This document shows, piece after piece, positions 1 to 12,495 of a DNA stretch of 64,000 nucleotides; positions within the stretch are counted from its first letter, which is position 1, and the number at the start of each line of letters is the position of its first letter. The stretch lies in NCBI RefSeq assembly GCF_001194135.2, contig NC_068982.1, positions 1,714,070 through 1,778,069 on the forward strand, given 5' to 3'. The DNA comes from Octopus bimaculoides. Lineage: Eukaryota. The notes below the pieces were generated by a model. The model saw only the letters and a list, made by a program, of their open reading frames with translations, did not search any database and was not told the DNA's origin. A program made the position numbers and the translations under genes.

Positions 1-16
1 GAATATATGTTGGTAG

Positions 17-3000
17 AAGTTCAGCCATATTAGTGATAAGATCATCACGAACTTTGTGATACTCAAAACATTGAGAAAGGAGGGGGACATTTATCAATTT
101 CTGGCGTGGGTACAGTTGGAGATTTAGTTTGAATTTGGATAGGTTCGGTATGACACATCAATCTCCTTGATTTTCTTTCAGCCTACACGATTTCTCTGGT
201 AAAGAATCTCGAGTTAGGTTTTCTCTTTCCTCTTAACCACGAAATAATTCATTTCACTTTAAAAATTTTAATAATTATAATAATTTATTAGCTTTTATTA
301 CTACAGACAACGGAAATTAGAGAAAAGAGTTGTGTGGTTCGCTACTTCTCCCTACTCCACGCAATGAATGGTAAACTTTAGGTAATCTACAGTAGCAGAC
401 ATCACACTGCTTTCTATAAAATTTAGAAGAGTAAAAGACATCACACTGCTCTTTATAAAATTTAGAAAAGTAAAAGACATCACACTGCTCTTTATAAAAT
501 TTAGAAGAGTAAAAGTTATTACACTACCATTTATAAAATTTAGAAAAGTAATATGCATATATCCATACATATATGTACATACCTACATCTATATGTATAC
601 ATACATGCATATATGGATACAGGACATCAATGTTTGCTTTTTTTTCATTGTTCGAAAAAAGTTCGTTTCTTATTTTCGTTTTTACGTTTTCGTTTCTCAT
701 TGTGTTTAACGCTTTTTTTTAATGTCCTGTACCCATATATGCATGTATGTATACATATAGATGTAGGTATGTACATATATGTATGGATATATGAATATAT
801 CTATATATTATTTATATTATTATATGATCAAACGCCACGCATCCTTTTCCAAGTTAACTTTATCTTGATAATTACAATGCGCACTCTTCTACTATCTCTC
901 TCCCTCTCTTGTTCTTCATCCTTTCTGTTTTTCTCTCTCACCCTTTTCTTATTCTCCTCACCCTTTCACCGTTCCCTCTCTCTCTCTCTCTCACTCCTCC
1001 TCTTCCTCCTTGACTCTATCGTCGCTGACACGTGACAAAAGGGGTTCTTTCTTTCTACCCACTGGTCTTCCTAAAGAACAGACGTGTTTTTTCTGTCTAT
1101 TCTATCATGGCACTTAGCGTTCATTAAAATTTTCCTATCATCTCGGCTCAACAGTTCTCACCATTTGTTTTTACTGTCTTGTTCTCACTGTCCTGTTCTT
1201 GTTAACACTTTCACCGTCCGCCAAAAATTCCAAATTTTATTTAATTTGCTTTGCGGGAAGCACTATTTCAACGAAGTAGCGTATTGTCCTTGTCTTCGAA
1301 ACGCGGAGTAGATGGAACAGGGACAACTGACGAAGGGATATACTCTTGCTGTTGCATGTCTCGTTTCGTTTCTCTGTTTGTTTGTTTTTTTCGTTGTTCG
1401 AAAAATGTTTGTTTTCTGTTTTCGTTTTAATGATTTTGTTTCTCATTGTGTTTAAGGTTTTTTTTTTCGATGTCCTGTACCCATACATGCATGTATGTAA
1501 ACATATAGATGTAGGTATGAACATATATGTATGGATATATGAATATATCTATATATTATTTATATTATTANNNNNNNNNNATATATATATATATTTGCTA
1601 ATAAATGAGATGAAAATATACATTAAGAACCAAATATCTTGTAATGTTTTTAAAGTGCTAATCTTTCCCTCAAATTGTCCATTATATTTCTAGCCATCTT
1701 CATAGAACTCCGCAAGAAGTGGAAAGAAACAACAAATACCACTCTTGTGTCACATCTATTTCCTATTGAAAGCAACTCATTTACTAAGTTGTTAAATATT
1801 TGCAATCGGCTGATGAGTAAAAAATCCTAGAAATGGATGTAAGAAGGTTGTTTTAGTATGTTGGAAAATTAACATAGACGCTTATATTTATATTAATAAT
1901 TTTCTTACAAAATATTCGTACTCCTTTAGATGTCACTCGTAAATCATTGTAAATAGTAAAAACCATCCATGTTTCATGTTTCTGATATCTGTAATGGTGG
2001 AAGTGAATCTGTGACATGCGACGCGCATGAAAATATGAATATATAGTATAGTTTGATAGTTAAAATAGGTAAAATGAATATGTAGGTAATATGGAAGAAA
2101 CAGATTATTATCGGCAATTCATTTGCTACGAAGTAGAGTAATATACCTGATGCAAACATATAATATGTAAACATAAAAGCAAGCTCGCATTTATCAAGTG
2201 GCCAATTGTTTCCATAGATATTTGTTTAAGATTTTATATGTTATCTCATATAGAAATACTCTGTAAAAGTCTATGTAGAACACATATAAAAGAAAGTTTG
2301 TTAGAGTAATTGAATTAAATATGAAATGTTATGAAATACAAAAATTTCTCCCTGTTTCAGTTTTGGTTCCGCTTCATAAATTTTAGAAATGCATTTTTCA
2401 CATAGGCAGCAACTATGAAAATTTCCAGAGAGATGAACTTGTTCGTGTGATTTCCATGCTTTTCACAAGTGCTTTATATGCCCACACATTAATTTATATT
2501 GCCTGTAGTTGTAAGGAAATGAGTATGCAATGTTATGTTTTAATTATAAATAGAGGTCAGATTATGCTGTAAAGAGCAAATACGTCATTTCCTATTTAAA
2601 AATAATAATATCCAAATACATCTATGGAGGTTGTAAAAAGTTTACGATTTTGATATGATTCAATGAAGAATCTCTATCGTTAGTTCACTTCACAAGAAAA
2701 GAAGTTTTATATCGAGATATTTGCTAAGACGTAAACGTAACCTTAATACGTTGAACTGAACGCAATGATGCGCGTTGATCTGCTGCATTAAATACGCCAT
2801 TAAATTTCAAGATTAAACACTGAATATATTGTGTACTGTGAGGTTTAGACATGGTTTAATTACACTGTGTTACTATTTCAACTAATATAAATAGACGGCA
2901 TTGAGTTAGAGGTTAAATATAAATAGTAATTCTATTCATGCAATGATCAAATGCTGGAAAATAGATCAAAAGTAAAATGAAATAAGACAGAAAAATGTTC

Positions 3001-3797
3001 AATAAAGTGTCACTTGGAAATTGATACGGCTTCATAATAAAGTAGTGTGTTTATTACTCTTCAAATATTTAACGTTGAGGGGAGTTCTAAACGAATTTCA
3101 AAACCATCTTGTCATTATTCGACTAATACCTCTGCATAAACCTGACACTTCTAAACGTAGCGTATTGCACTGCCTCGTATGATAATATAGATATTTTATA
3201 GAAAGAATATCATTGGTATATTTTTCAAATAAATTCACAATTAATTGTACCAAATATATTAAGATATATTTGTTTATTTTGACCCAAATGATACCAGGTA
3301 GCTTTGCCTGCTGTACTTTTACATGCGATGGAAGATAAAGTGTTAACATTCAAAACCTAAGACAACAATTTTGGAAATCCGAAGTTCTCCTATAACTACA
3401 AAGCAGAAGAGAATATTGATGCGCTGCAGCTTGGGCAACGAAATAATGCCCTAAATAGGAAAATATATGAAGGTAACAGGTAAAGTAATTTTGATCATTA
3501 CTGAAAAGAATATTCGCCCTTTAGAGGGACAAATTACATGTTATTTAGGTATATGCCATCTTTGTGCGCATGCACTTTTATGTGGATTACCAACTGATAA
3601 ATTGTTAGCTTACTCTAAGTCTGTACAGTCTAAATATATCTAAGTTTACATATTGCATATTTTTTATATCAACAGTGTATGATTGTAAGAGAACTTCACT
3701 GCTATTCTCAGTAGGACGAGAAATACTGGTCAAGTTACATTGGCACATCGTCAAACTAAATAAAAGTAGAATTAAAAGTTGTAGCTCATATGGTTGA
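17..3797 (+). CDS. Candidate 3' part of an unidentified multi-exon host gene (exons ~17-105, 182-198, 1694-1816, 2406-2522, 3404/3407-3472, 3676-3797)
   Basis: Each exon has an AG acceptor and GT donor (e.g. tttctag|CC..ATGA|gtaaaa; cacatag|GC..ATGA|gtatgc; aagcag|..GAAG|gtaaca; atcaacag|TG). Phases join in one frame: ..DIYQFLA-LHDFSA-IFIELRKKWKETTNTTLVSHLFPIESNSFTKLLNICNRLMS-SNYENFQRDELVRVISMLFTSALYAHTLIYIACSCKEMT-EENIDALQLGQRNNALNRKIYEV-YDCKRTSLLFSVGREILVKLHWHIVKLNKSRIKSCSSYG*. No family recognised; manual prediction only. Confidence 0.4.
398..552. repeat. 39-bp tandem repeat, ~4 copies
   Basis: Unit gacatcacactgctctttataaaatttagaagagtaaaa repeated head-to-tail, last copy degenerate. Explains the periodic ORF 352-570. 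Confidence 0.9.
551..798. mobile_element. Hairpin/MITE-like element with 77-bp inverted arms (551-627 and 722-798)
   Basis: 551-627 is the reverse complement of 722-798 with about 2 mismatches; spacer about 94 bp. Confidence 0.75.
1377..1570. repeat. Direct ~195-bp duplicate of 632-832 (spacer plus right arm of the hairpin element)
   Basis: tgtttg..ttcgaaaaa..ctcattgtgtttaa..atgtcctgtacccata..tatattatta occurs at both sites; runs into a 10-N gap. Confidence 0.85.
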
Positions 3798-3861
3798 AGA
3801 CTCCTACATGAGACATTTCTCACGAGATACACAAAATTACCGTGTTGGGTAGTAAAAATTG

Positions 3862-3928
<67 letters not shown>

Positions 3929-3989
3929 ATGTATTATGTATGCATGTATGGATGTGTGTATGAATGGATGGTGCTTTGTCCACATTACT

Positions 3990-4140
3990 CCTTCAGGGAG
4001 CATAGGGCCAGTTTCCCGGTTTCTCTGGTGTGTACCTTCCCCGCCAAGATGGCACGCCGGTCCATCGCAGGGTTGGTGCTCAATTGTACCAGATTTTTGG
4101 ACTAGAGCAACGTGAAAGGAAGAGTTTTGCTCAATTTATT
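3990..4140 (-). mobile_element. SINE fragment (family E; central/3' part, head missing)
   Basis: ggactagagcaacgtgaaaggaagagttttgctcaa matches the CORE-like segment of the SINEs at 58448 and 61735; distinct tail gggagcatagggccagtttcc..gtccatcgcagggtt. Confidence 0.55.
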
Positions 4141-4304
4141 GAGTCTCAACATTTGAGGATTGTACATTTTGCAAATTGCTAATCTTGAAAAAGCAGTTTT
4201 AACTTAAATCCGTTAAATTTATATTAAACAGTTTGAACGGTTTTAACTTAAATCCGTTAAACTGAAATAGGACAGTCGTTGTTTTGAGTAGAGTTCACCT
4301 TTTA

Positions 4305-4511
4305 GTTTTTACCTGTCTCAGGGATTGGACTGCGGCCACGCTGGGGCACTGCCATGTATAAGTTTTAAGTCGAAGGAATCGACTCCAGTACATATCTTCT
4401 TTCTAAGCCTGGCACTTATTCTATCGGTTCTCTTGCCTGACCGCTAAGTTATGGTGACATAAGCATACCTACACTGATTGTTAAGCGGTGGTGGAGGATG
4501 AACATGCAGAT

Positions 4512-4559
<48 letters not shown>

Positions 4560-4655
4560 GTGCGACGGACTACTTTCAGTCTACATCTACCAAATCCACT
4601 CACAAAGAAGACATTTGTCGAAGCTGCCGCGCAGAGTCGGCTTGAGCAAGCCTCT
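4305..4655 (-). mobile_element. Bipartite SINE family B, degenerate copy with central (CA)n
   Basis: Contains actgcggccacgctgg, ttattctatcggt, ccgctaagtt and ctttcagtc..ctaccaaatccactcacaa, shared with other B copies. Confidence 0.8.
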
Positions 4656-5261
4656 TACGTCACACATTCACAACAGCTCAACAATTTGTAATAACTTTAG
4701 CATCGGTATCATCTTGCATCAAATTCCACGCATGTGCATTGCTCCTGTGCATAACTGCAGTTGAAGCAAATGATGCAACTGAATTATTAGAATCCTGTTT
4801 ATTAGCTAAGGTTTGTATTGCGTAAATCTTAAAGAAAATTTCTGAAGGATGGTGAACACTTTCTTTTCTCATCCACTATGGAGTCTATTCAATTGAACGT
4901 ATGACCATTTCCTTGAAATAACTGCAACAGCTGCCTGTTGAAAATGTCTCATGTTAATATGTGCATAAATGTGTATTAAATATCTAAGTAATATGTCTTT
5001 CATAGTCAGTTATCAATAAAACCATATTTGTAAAGGAAACAGCAGAAGACGGAGGAAATGTCACCCGAAATTTCAGAGAAAAACTATACTATATTAATCA
5101 CACACACACGCGCGCGCGCATCACGTATTCAAACATAATCACACATAGATATGTATATATATATATAGTTTTACGATTTGGTTTGCAAGATTCTTTATGT
5201 GAGTTCGTGTGTTGAAGCATATTCTGTTGTGTCTGGGGAGAATCATTCTCTTTTCGTGCCT

Positions 5262-5635
5262 CATAATTTAACACACTCACCGGTGAAATTTCCACTCGTT
5301 TACTTATAGGTAATATGAACAGACAAGCACACATACACACACATACGCAAATGAAGACTGAAACACAAGACCAGATACACACACACTTCATTTCACACGA
5401 GGACTCATGTGGAGACACACATTCACACATATGGAGATACATATACATATATACACGTGTATGCGCACACACACACTGACCCACACATATGCGCACAAAC
5501 AAACAAAAAGTACGCGGCTTGAATAACGGACAGAGTCAACAACTATTGAAAAGGTTGCAAGACGCAACGAAAATTTTAGAAAAAATATATCAGTAAACGA
5601 GTGGAAACTTTGTCGGTGAGTGTGTTAAATTATAA
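5262..5635. repeat. Inverted repeat pair (5262-5305 and 5591-5635), probable MITE; right arm runs into gap
   Basis: cataatttaacacactcaccggtgaaatttccactcgtttact versus cagtaaacgagtggaaactttgtcggtgagtgtgttaaattataa. Confidence 0.65.
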
Positions 5636-5833
5636 NNNNNNNNNNNNNNNNNNNNNNNNNNNNNNNNNNNNNNNNNNNNNNNNNNNNNNNNNNNNNNNNN
5701 NNNNNNNNNNNNNNNNNNNNNNNNNNNNNNNNNNNNNNNNNNNNNNNNNNNNNNNNNNNNNNNNNNNNNNNNNNNNNNNNNNNNNNNNNNNNNNNNNNNN
5801 NNNNNNNNNNNNNNNNNNNNNNNNNNNNNNNNN

Positions 5834-5870
<37 letters not shown>

Positions 5871-7020
5871 ATATATGTGTATACATATATGCATATATGT
5901 ATGTCTGTATATATATACATACATACATACATACATAGGACATTAGTCAGTTTCATTTCAAGATTTCTTGCCAAGAGAGAATGAGCCGGTTTCTAATCAA
6001 GATCCAAAGCTCCTTCATTGAAACTTCAACAACATCAACAGGGTATTTGTGTATGTATATGTGTATAAGTGCAGTATGTGGCATCCCTGCATGTGCAGAT
6101 TTGAATGTGTTTATATATTATGTATGCATTCGCATGCATACAGTTGTATGTCTAGACATACGCATAAATATATAAACACTAAACTTCTGGACTGTCTTAC
6201 ATATGTTTACAGTTCAATTGATGGCTGTATATGTCCATAGATGATTCAGTCAGTTGGCTTCCTGAAATTTCATTGTTCCGATGCGTTTCGTTTGCTCATT
6301 GAATTAGCGTGTACCTGGTTGCGTATTCCATAGACGTGCGTCCAATATAATTTTCAGGAAAAACCACTATAACACTGTGTATGGCAATGATCTATTTTAA
6401 AAATAGAAATACAATCCGTCCAGCAGGCTTTTCTCCATGTTTCGCTCATCTAATTTATTTCACAATATGTGGGTTGACCTGATGCTGCAGAAAATACTGT
6501 CTAATATTCATCTGAATGCACTCTAGGTTGGTTATAAGGGGACTATCTTTACTATTTAGCACTTTTGCAAATATCCATGCACATATGTGCACACATACAC
6601 CAACCCATACACACGCACACACGCGCACGCGCGCACATTCATACAAACACACAAATACTACACACGCACGTGTTCGAGTCTGTTTACATGCACAAGCAAT
6701 TCAGATGTCATCAAGGAACAAGAAAGGGAAATAAAATCAGTTGAGCATCCTACAGTGTTGTCTGTGAATATTTAGTTTCATCCTCCTTACGGTACACTAG
6801 AGAAACAATATTATTTTTCCGTGTCCAAAAAGCAAGCACAGAGCCAGCGGTTGCAACATCCCGTTGCTTTAGCAGAGATGAGCTACTTCTTCTAGCTTCC
6901 CCAAAATAATATTTAACTATAACTATTTGTAGGATACTACAATGACAGAGAGAGAGAGAGAGAGAGAGAGGGAGGGAGATAAAGACAGAGAGAGTAAGAG
7001 AAGCCTCGATGATGATATAG

Positions 7021-7241
7021 GGTTATACACTGGGGCTCAACTATCAGTGCATTGCAGCTTATAGCAGAAACAACGGTAAGCTAATGAAATTTGACATAAT
7101 TGTTTACTTCCTTGTCCACTTTAAATTCTGACGCACATACACATATACACATATATGTACACACGCACGCGCGCACGCGCGCAAACACACACACACACGC
7201 ATACACAAACACACACATGTATATCTATATACACCTCCCTC

Positions 7242-7280
<39 letters not shown>

Positions 7281-7291
7281 CTCTCTCTCTT

Positions 7292-7337
<46 letters not shown>

Positions 7338-7406
7338 CATTATATACATACTTTATTTAAAAGCACATTACTCTACCTCTGGTATTTGAGTTATCTGCTT
7401 ACTCCA

Positions 7407-7500
<94 letters not shown>

Positions 7501-8749
7501 GGAGAGAGGGAGATGAGAAAATAACAAATATTGGAGCTAATATTTTTCTTCCGTTTTACTTCGTAGTAGTGTCTTCCATTCTTTTACGCCTGGCTGGCTT
7601 TTTCATTTATCTTCCTCAGAGATGACAACATAATTATCAATCATAATAAAATGGCGTATATGAACTCATAAAACGCTTATATTCGAGAGATATAAAGCCC
7701 TGAAGGATATTTAATTCATCTGCGAGATTTGATCCAAGATACTCTACATCATTTACTTTGATGCACTATCATAGCTGCTCTTATAATTTTAGGATACGTT
7801 ATTGATTTTAAATCTTTTATTTTAAAAACTCACTGTAGTTTTTCTTTTCAGTGTCTTCTATTTAATGCAATTTCAGATGAAATTTTATACATAGATATAT
7901 TTATTATGAAGTTTCCATATCGAATCTGCTTTACTTCCTATATAGCATTCTTTTCACTCACTCGGTGGAATACATTAAAAGACCATAGGTCGCTACATGT
8001 ATATAGAGATAAAAATTAATTTCCCAACAAGAAATTGCAGACCAGTAAGTTAACGATATATATTAATATACTTTTTTCGTTTTGATAATGTATAAAGGTT
8101 TCGTGTTTCACATGTGAATAACAAAGATGAAAGCAAAATGAAAGAGAGCCTTTGCAGAAAGCAAACCTTCTTTATCCGATTGCAATTACCAAACTTTGCT
8201 CAAGTAACTAAAGAGAATTATTTAATGGAAAATGGAAATCGGAAACTGGTGAGGTTTTCTTGTTTTTCTGAATCATTACGACAAACGTATTGGATAGCTT
8301 TAATAGTGACTTGCTTAGATTTTTTCCCTTCATTGTCACAGTAAAGTTAGCAGAGCCACGAGTAATATAAGACATAAATATCTGACACAGCATCGCTCTT
8401 GTAAGATTGATGGCTGTTATTAAATTCCCTTTTCACTCTGATATCGTTGTTTGTTAATATAGTAGACATTTTACAGACTGGGAAATGTTGCCTTATTAAT
8501 ACATACGATATTCTTCTAGTCCACTTTCAATCATGGCTAGCAATTATTTTATAATATTCTTAAGAATGCAACAAATTGATATAAATTTTGAGTTGTTAGT
8601 GAATCCTACGAGAGATAGTGACGTAGAATTGCTGAAACTACGACCGTCATTCGCTGGATCCAGATCAAATTGAGTGAGCCTCACTCGTGCATCCTATTGC
8701 AGGCGGTTTGATATGTAATCGATGTGATACGCATTGAATGTCTTTGAAT

Positions 8750-8783
<34 letters not shown>

Positions 8784-9612
8784 NNNNNNNNNNNNNNNNN
8801 NNNNNNNNNNNNNNNNNNNNNNNNNNNNNNNNNNNNNNNNNNNNNNNNNNNNNNNNNNNNNNNNNNNNNNNNNNNNNNNNNNNNNNNNNNNNNNNNNNNN
8901 NNNNNNNNNNNNNNNNNNNNNNNNNNNNNNNNNNNNNNNNNNNNNNNNNNNNNNNNNNNNNNNNNNNNNNNNNNNNNNNNNNNNNNNNNNNNNNNNNNNN
9001 NNNNNNNNNNNNNNNNNNNNNNNNNNNNNNNNNNNNNNNNNNNNNNNNNNNNNNNNNNNNNNNNNNNNNNNNNNNNNNNNNNNNNNNNNNNNNNNNNNNN
9101 NNNNNNNNNNNNNNNNNNNNNNNNNNNNNNNNNNNNNNNNNNNNNNNNNNNNNNNNNNNNNNNNNNNNNNNNNNNNNNNNNNNNNNNNNNNNNNNNNNNN
9201 NNNNNNNNNNNNNNNNNNNNNNNNNNNNNNNNNNNNNNNNNNNNNNNNNNNNNNNNNNNNNNNNNNNNNNNNNNNNNNNNNNNNNNNNNNNNNNNNNNNN
9301 NNNNNNNNNNNNNNNNNNNNNNNNNNNNNNNNNNNNNNNNNNNNNNNNNNNNNNNNNNNNNNNNNNNNNNNNNNNNNNNNNNNNNNNNNNNNNNNNNNNN
9401 NNNNNNNNNNNNNNNNNNNNNNNNNNNNNNNNNNNNNNNNNNNNNNNNNNNNNNNNNNNNNNNNNNNNNNNNNNNNNNNNNNNNNNNNNNNNNNNNNNNN
9501 NNNNNNNNNNNNNNNNNNNNNNNNNNNNNNNNNNNNNNNNNNNNNNNNNNNNNNNNNNNNNNNNNNNNNNNNNNNNNNNNNNNNNNNNNNNNNNNNNNNN
9601 NNNNNNNNNNNN

Positions 9613-9666
<54 letters not shown>

Positions 9667-12495
9667 ATGTGTGTATGTTGTCGTGAATATTTTTATCTTA
9701 TGTTTAGTCAATTTCCCTGAAAGAATAATTTACAGGAATGGTGTACTAGAATTTCATGCAACATTTTCACTCAATTTCAACACTCGACTAGTTATGCTTG
9801 ATTTTCATTTGTGTATAATTAATTAAAGGCCCACAATGAAATACTTCGGTTCTGCTGTGCATTATGCCCACATATAAGGTATAGAGTACTCGTCGTCATA
9901 TATACATATAGCCAAATCATAAGTTGCTATGGCGCTGTATTATGCAGCCGCATTTATACCTTGCTTCAGTATGCAAAACAACAACTTGTCTCTTCCCTGA
10001 ATTATCGAGTTATATACATATGACATTTACACCAAGCTTATCGGTAGAATGCTCATATTTAAGCAGGGCATAATTGCAAAATATAGATTTCCTTCCGCAG
10101 AAGTCTTTCTCATTTTCATCGAAATGTCCTGCTATATGACTAAACTCTTTTGTGTAATATTGAGGAAGATTTGTCTACTATTTCTTTTGGCGCCTTTTAC
10201 ATTTCTTAATTTGTCGTTGATATTAAAGTTTGTAACACTTGTGCTCCTTGACGTGTCTCTGTTAAAAGGAAAAAAAAACTTATTTTAAATTTTATCGTTC
10301 TAGTTTCTTTCGCAAGTACATTAGAGTTGAGATCTCTTTTTAAAAAATTATTATCAATATTCCTCGAACATTGCCTTTTCGCATTGGTTACTCTTATGAT
10401 TTTGTTTGTACATACTGACCACACCTGCCCAATCAATCACGCCTTTATCAAAACATTGTAATGGTATTTATCGTTCGCTGCAGCGTCCTATATGCTTACA
10501 TTTTGCGAAAACTTTTAGCAATTAAACACTTCCCCATTGCTTGCTGGTCCTGTAGTAATTAAACAGATTGCTTTCTTTTTTTTTTGTAAGTAAATATTAC
10601 CAACGGGAAATGAAATCAATTAATAATCTAATAATAAGGGTTTTCTGGCCATATTCAATAAAAATGAGCCTATAGTTATTTCTAACACCAGTAACAACAG
10701 TTAAATATCAATGATCAAGTTACATGTCTGATAGCATTATTCTCTGGCGAGGCGTACAAGCAGCATGGCTCCGAAAATATTTAGATTTTTAAGCGTCATC
10801 GGCAGAAGCATTGCCGCTAGCATTGCTTGTTTTCTAGTAAATCAACTTTTTGTATAAAAACACTTGCAAAATCATGGGGAGCAAATAATTTGTTGTGGTT
10901 CAAATATTTTCCAATAGCATTAAGAATTTAGGTGCAATGAAAAGGTGTGAATCATAAATATTAAAAAAAGCCTCGCACTGTTTATTATTAAAATATTTTA
11001 GTATTCCTGCACTAAAGCAGATGGTTCAACCATTCATAATTTACGTTATTATGAACGGTATATGTGATGTATTGTGGATTCTGTTTGGAATTAAAACTAT
11101 AGTTCTCGCCTTAACTTCTCCCTTGATCATCAACGGTTGGTACAAATTGGTACATACAAGTCATGCGTTGCTTGGTTGATCTGATCTTTACGACAGATCG
11201 ACCGTTTGTCTCCAGATCCATATCGAAGAAGGAGGCGCTAACTGCAGATTTGTTGAAGGAGTTTCAATAGTAAGATGGCATCACATTTTTATTTTCATTA
11301 CAAATTGAAACTCTTTCTCGGAGTATTTGAGATGATACACGAAGCCATTTTAAAAGTTGCTATTGTTTATATCTTATAATTGTTATCAATGAAGCAGTTT
11401 ATAGAGTGTGTCTTACTTTATCACTCGAAAGCAAAATGGCATTAATGATATTACAATTCATCTGGCCTTGTCAATTATGATTTTGTGGCAAGGTCGAGAT
11501 CTTTTATGAAATTATACATTAATTACGTTTCTTGTTAGGATTTGTGAAGAAGTAGAGTATTTAAGAAAAAATAAAATTAAACGGCAAAATAAATTCACAA
11601 CTAAATTAACAATGGACTTAACAGAGCATTAAATGCCAAGTATCTCTGAGGTTACAGCAACTCAAAGTACATCATTTATAACTGAAATTTTTTATTGGAA
11701 TCGAAAGTGATAGACGATTTCTTTGTTTTTGAAGGATTTGTACATTTTTATTTAAGTATCTCGACACAATTTCCGGTGACATGTGATTCAAACTGTAACT
11801 ATTAATGGTCTGAGAACCTTTTTAAGCTTAACCCTATTCATTGTCGTCTGTTAGTTTCTATTTTGGTTGCTGGCAAACAACAGAAATGAAAAGTTAGGGT
11901 AAAATATTATGCTATTTGATGTCTTGTATTTGATGAAAGTAAGGTGAGAGTTAAACCTCGGCAACAATGAATGATTTTTGTATACTGGTAACAAGCCAAT
12001 GTGTTGTAGTGTGATGTAGTTGATTGTACATCACCAGTATCGATTTTATTGACACCCGCTTTTTAAATCTTCGGAAATGTTGATATAGTAAAAATGTAAC
12101 TGTTAGTTTCTGAAAATAACATTAAAGAGCAACCGAATGCGCCTGTACTTTTGCTGCAATCCTAAGGAATATTTCATAGTCAAGTTAAAATCATAGACTG
12201 CATCGACCTCACTGGTGTTGGAGAGTTTGCAAAAGTCAAGGACACATTCCTTTTCTCATGACATGCCACATAGATAAATATTATTTGTATGTTTCCTCTT
12301 TTGTAGATACCAAATGTGATAAGCCTCCATAATAATAAAATTGATGGTAACAACAAAGCAGAATATTTAATAAAGAGGATAATGAATTTTCACGACAAAA
12401 CAGTAACACTTAAGAATTTAGGAAAAAATGATCAAAATATAATTATCAAAACAAAAAACCATGTGATACGGATTTTGAAAAATGGTATATGAAGG
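7021..12495 (+). CDS. Low-confidence candidate small gene (UTR exon ending 7075; exons 8098-8248, 11216-11269, 12307-12495)
   Basis: Donors ACG|gtaagc, CTG|gtgagg, ATA|gtaaga, AGG|gtatgt; acceptors tttgtctccag and cctcttttgtag. Phase-0 joins give MKESLCRKQ..NGNRKL-IHIEEGGANCRFVEGVSI-IPNVISLHNN..RILKNGI*. No homolog recognised. Confidence 0.2.

Noticed and set aside
1-260. Minus-strand frame IPNLSKFKL..AELLPTYI
   Set aside because: Interrupted by two stops; probably the antisense shadow of plus-strand exons.
830-1340. ORF1-family relic between the duplicated arms
   Set aside because: Only a faint F.TVKVL echo among many stops; left unannotated.
1694-1816. Resemblance of NTTLVSH..NSF..ICNRL to the glutamate-receptor N-terminal domain
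   Set aside because: The expected next motif (GV.AIFGP) is absent from downstream exons.
1974-2230. Minus-strand GPCR-like frame (GNNWPLDKC..hydrophobic)
   Set aside because: AT-rich codons give F/I/L/Y by chance; no DRY-like motif, no good splice sites, and it lies antisense in a candidate intron.
9920-9940. RFX X-box-like motifs (also ~6870, ~26230, ~58827)
   Set aside because: Half-site matches only, not tied to a supported transcription start.
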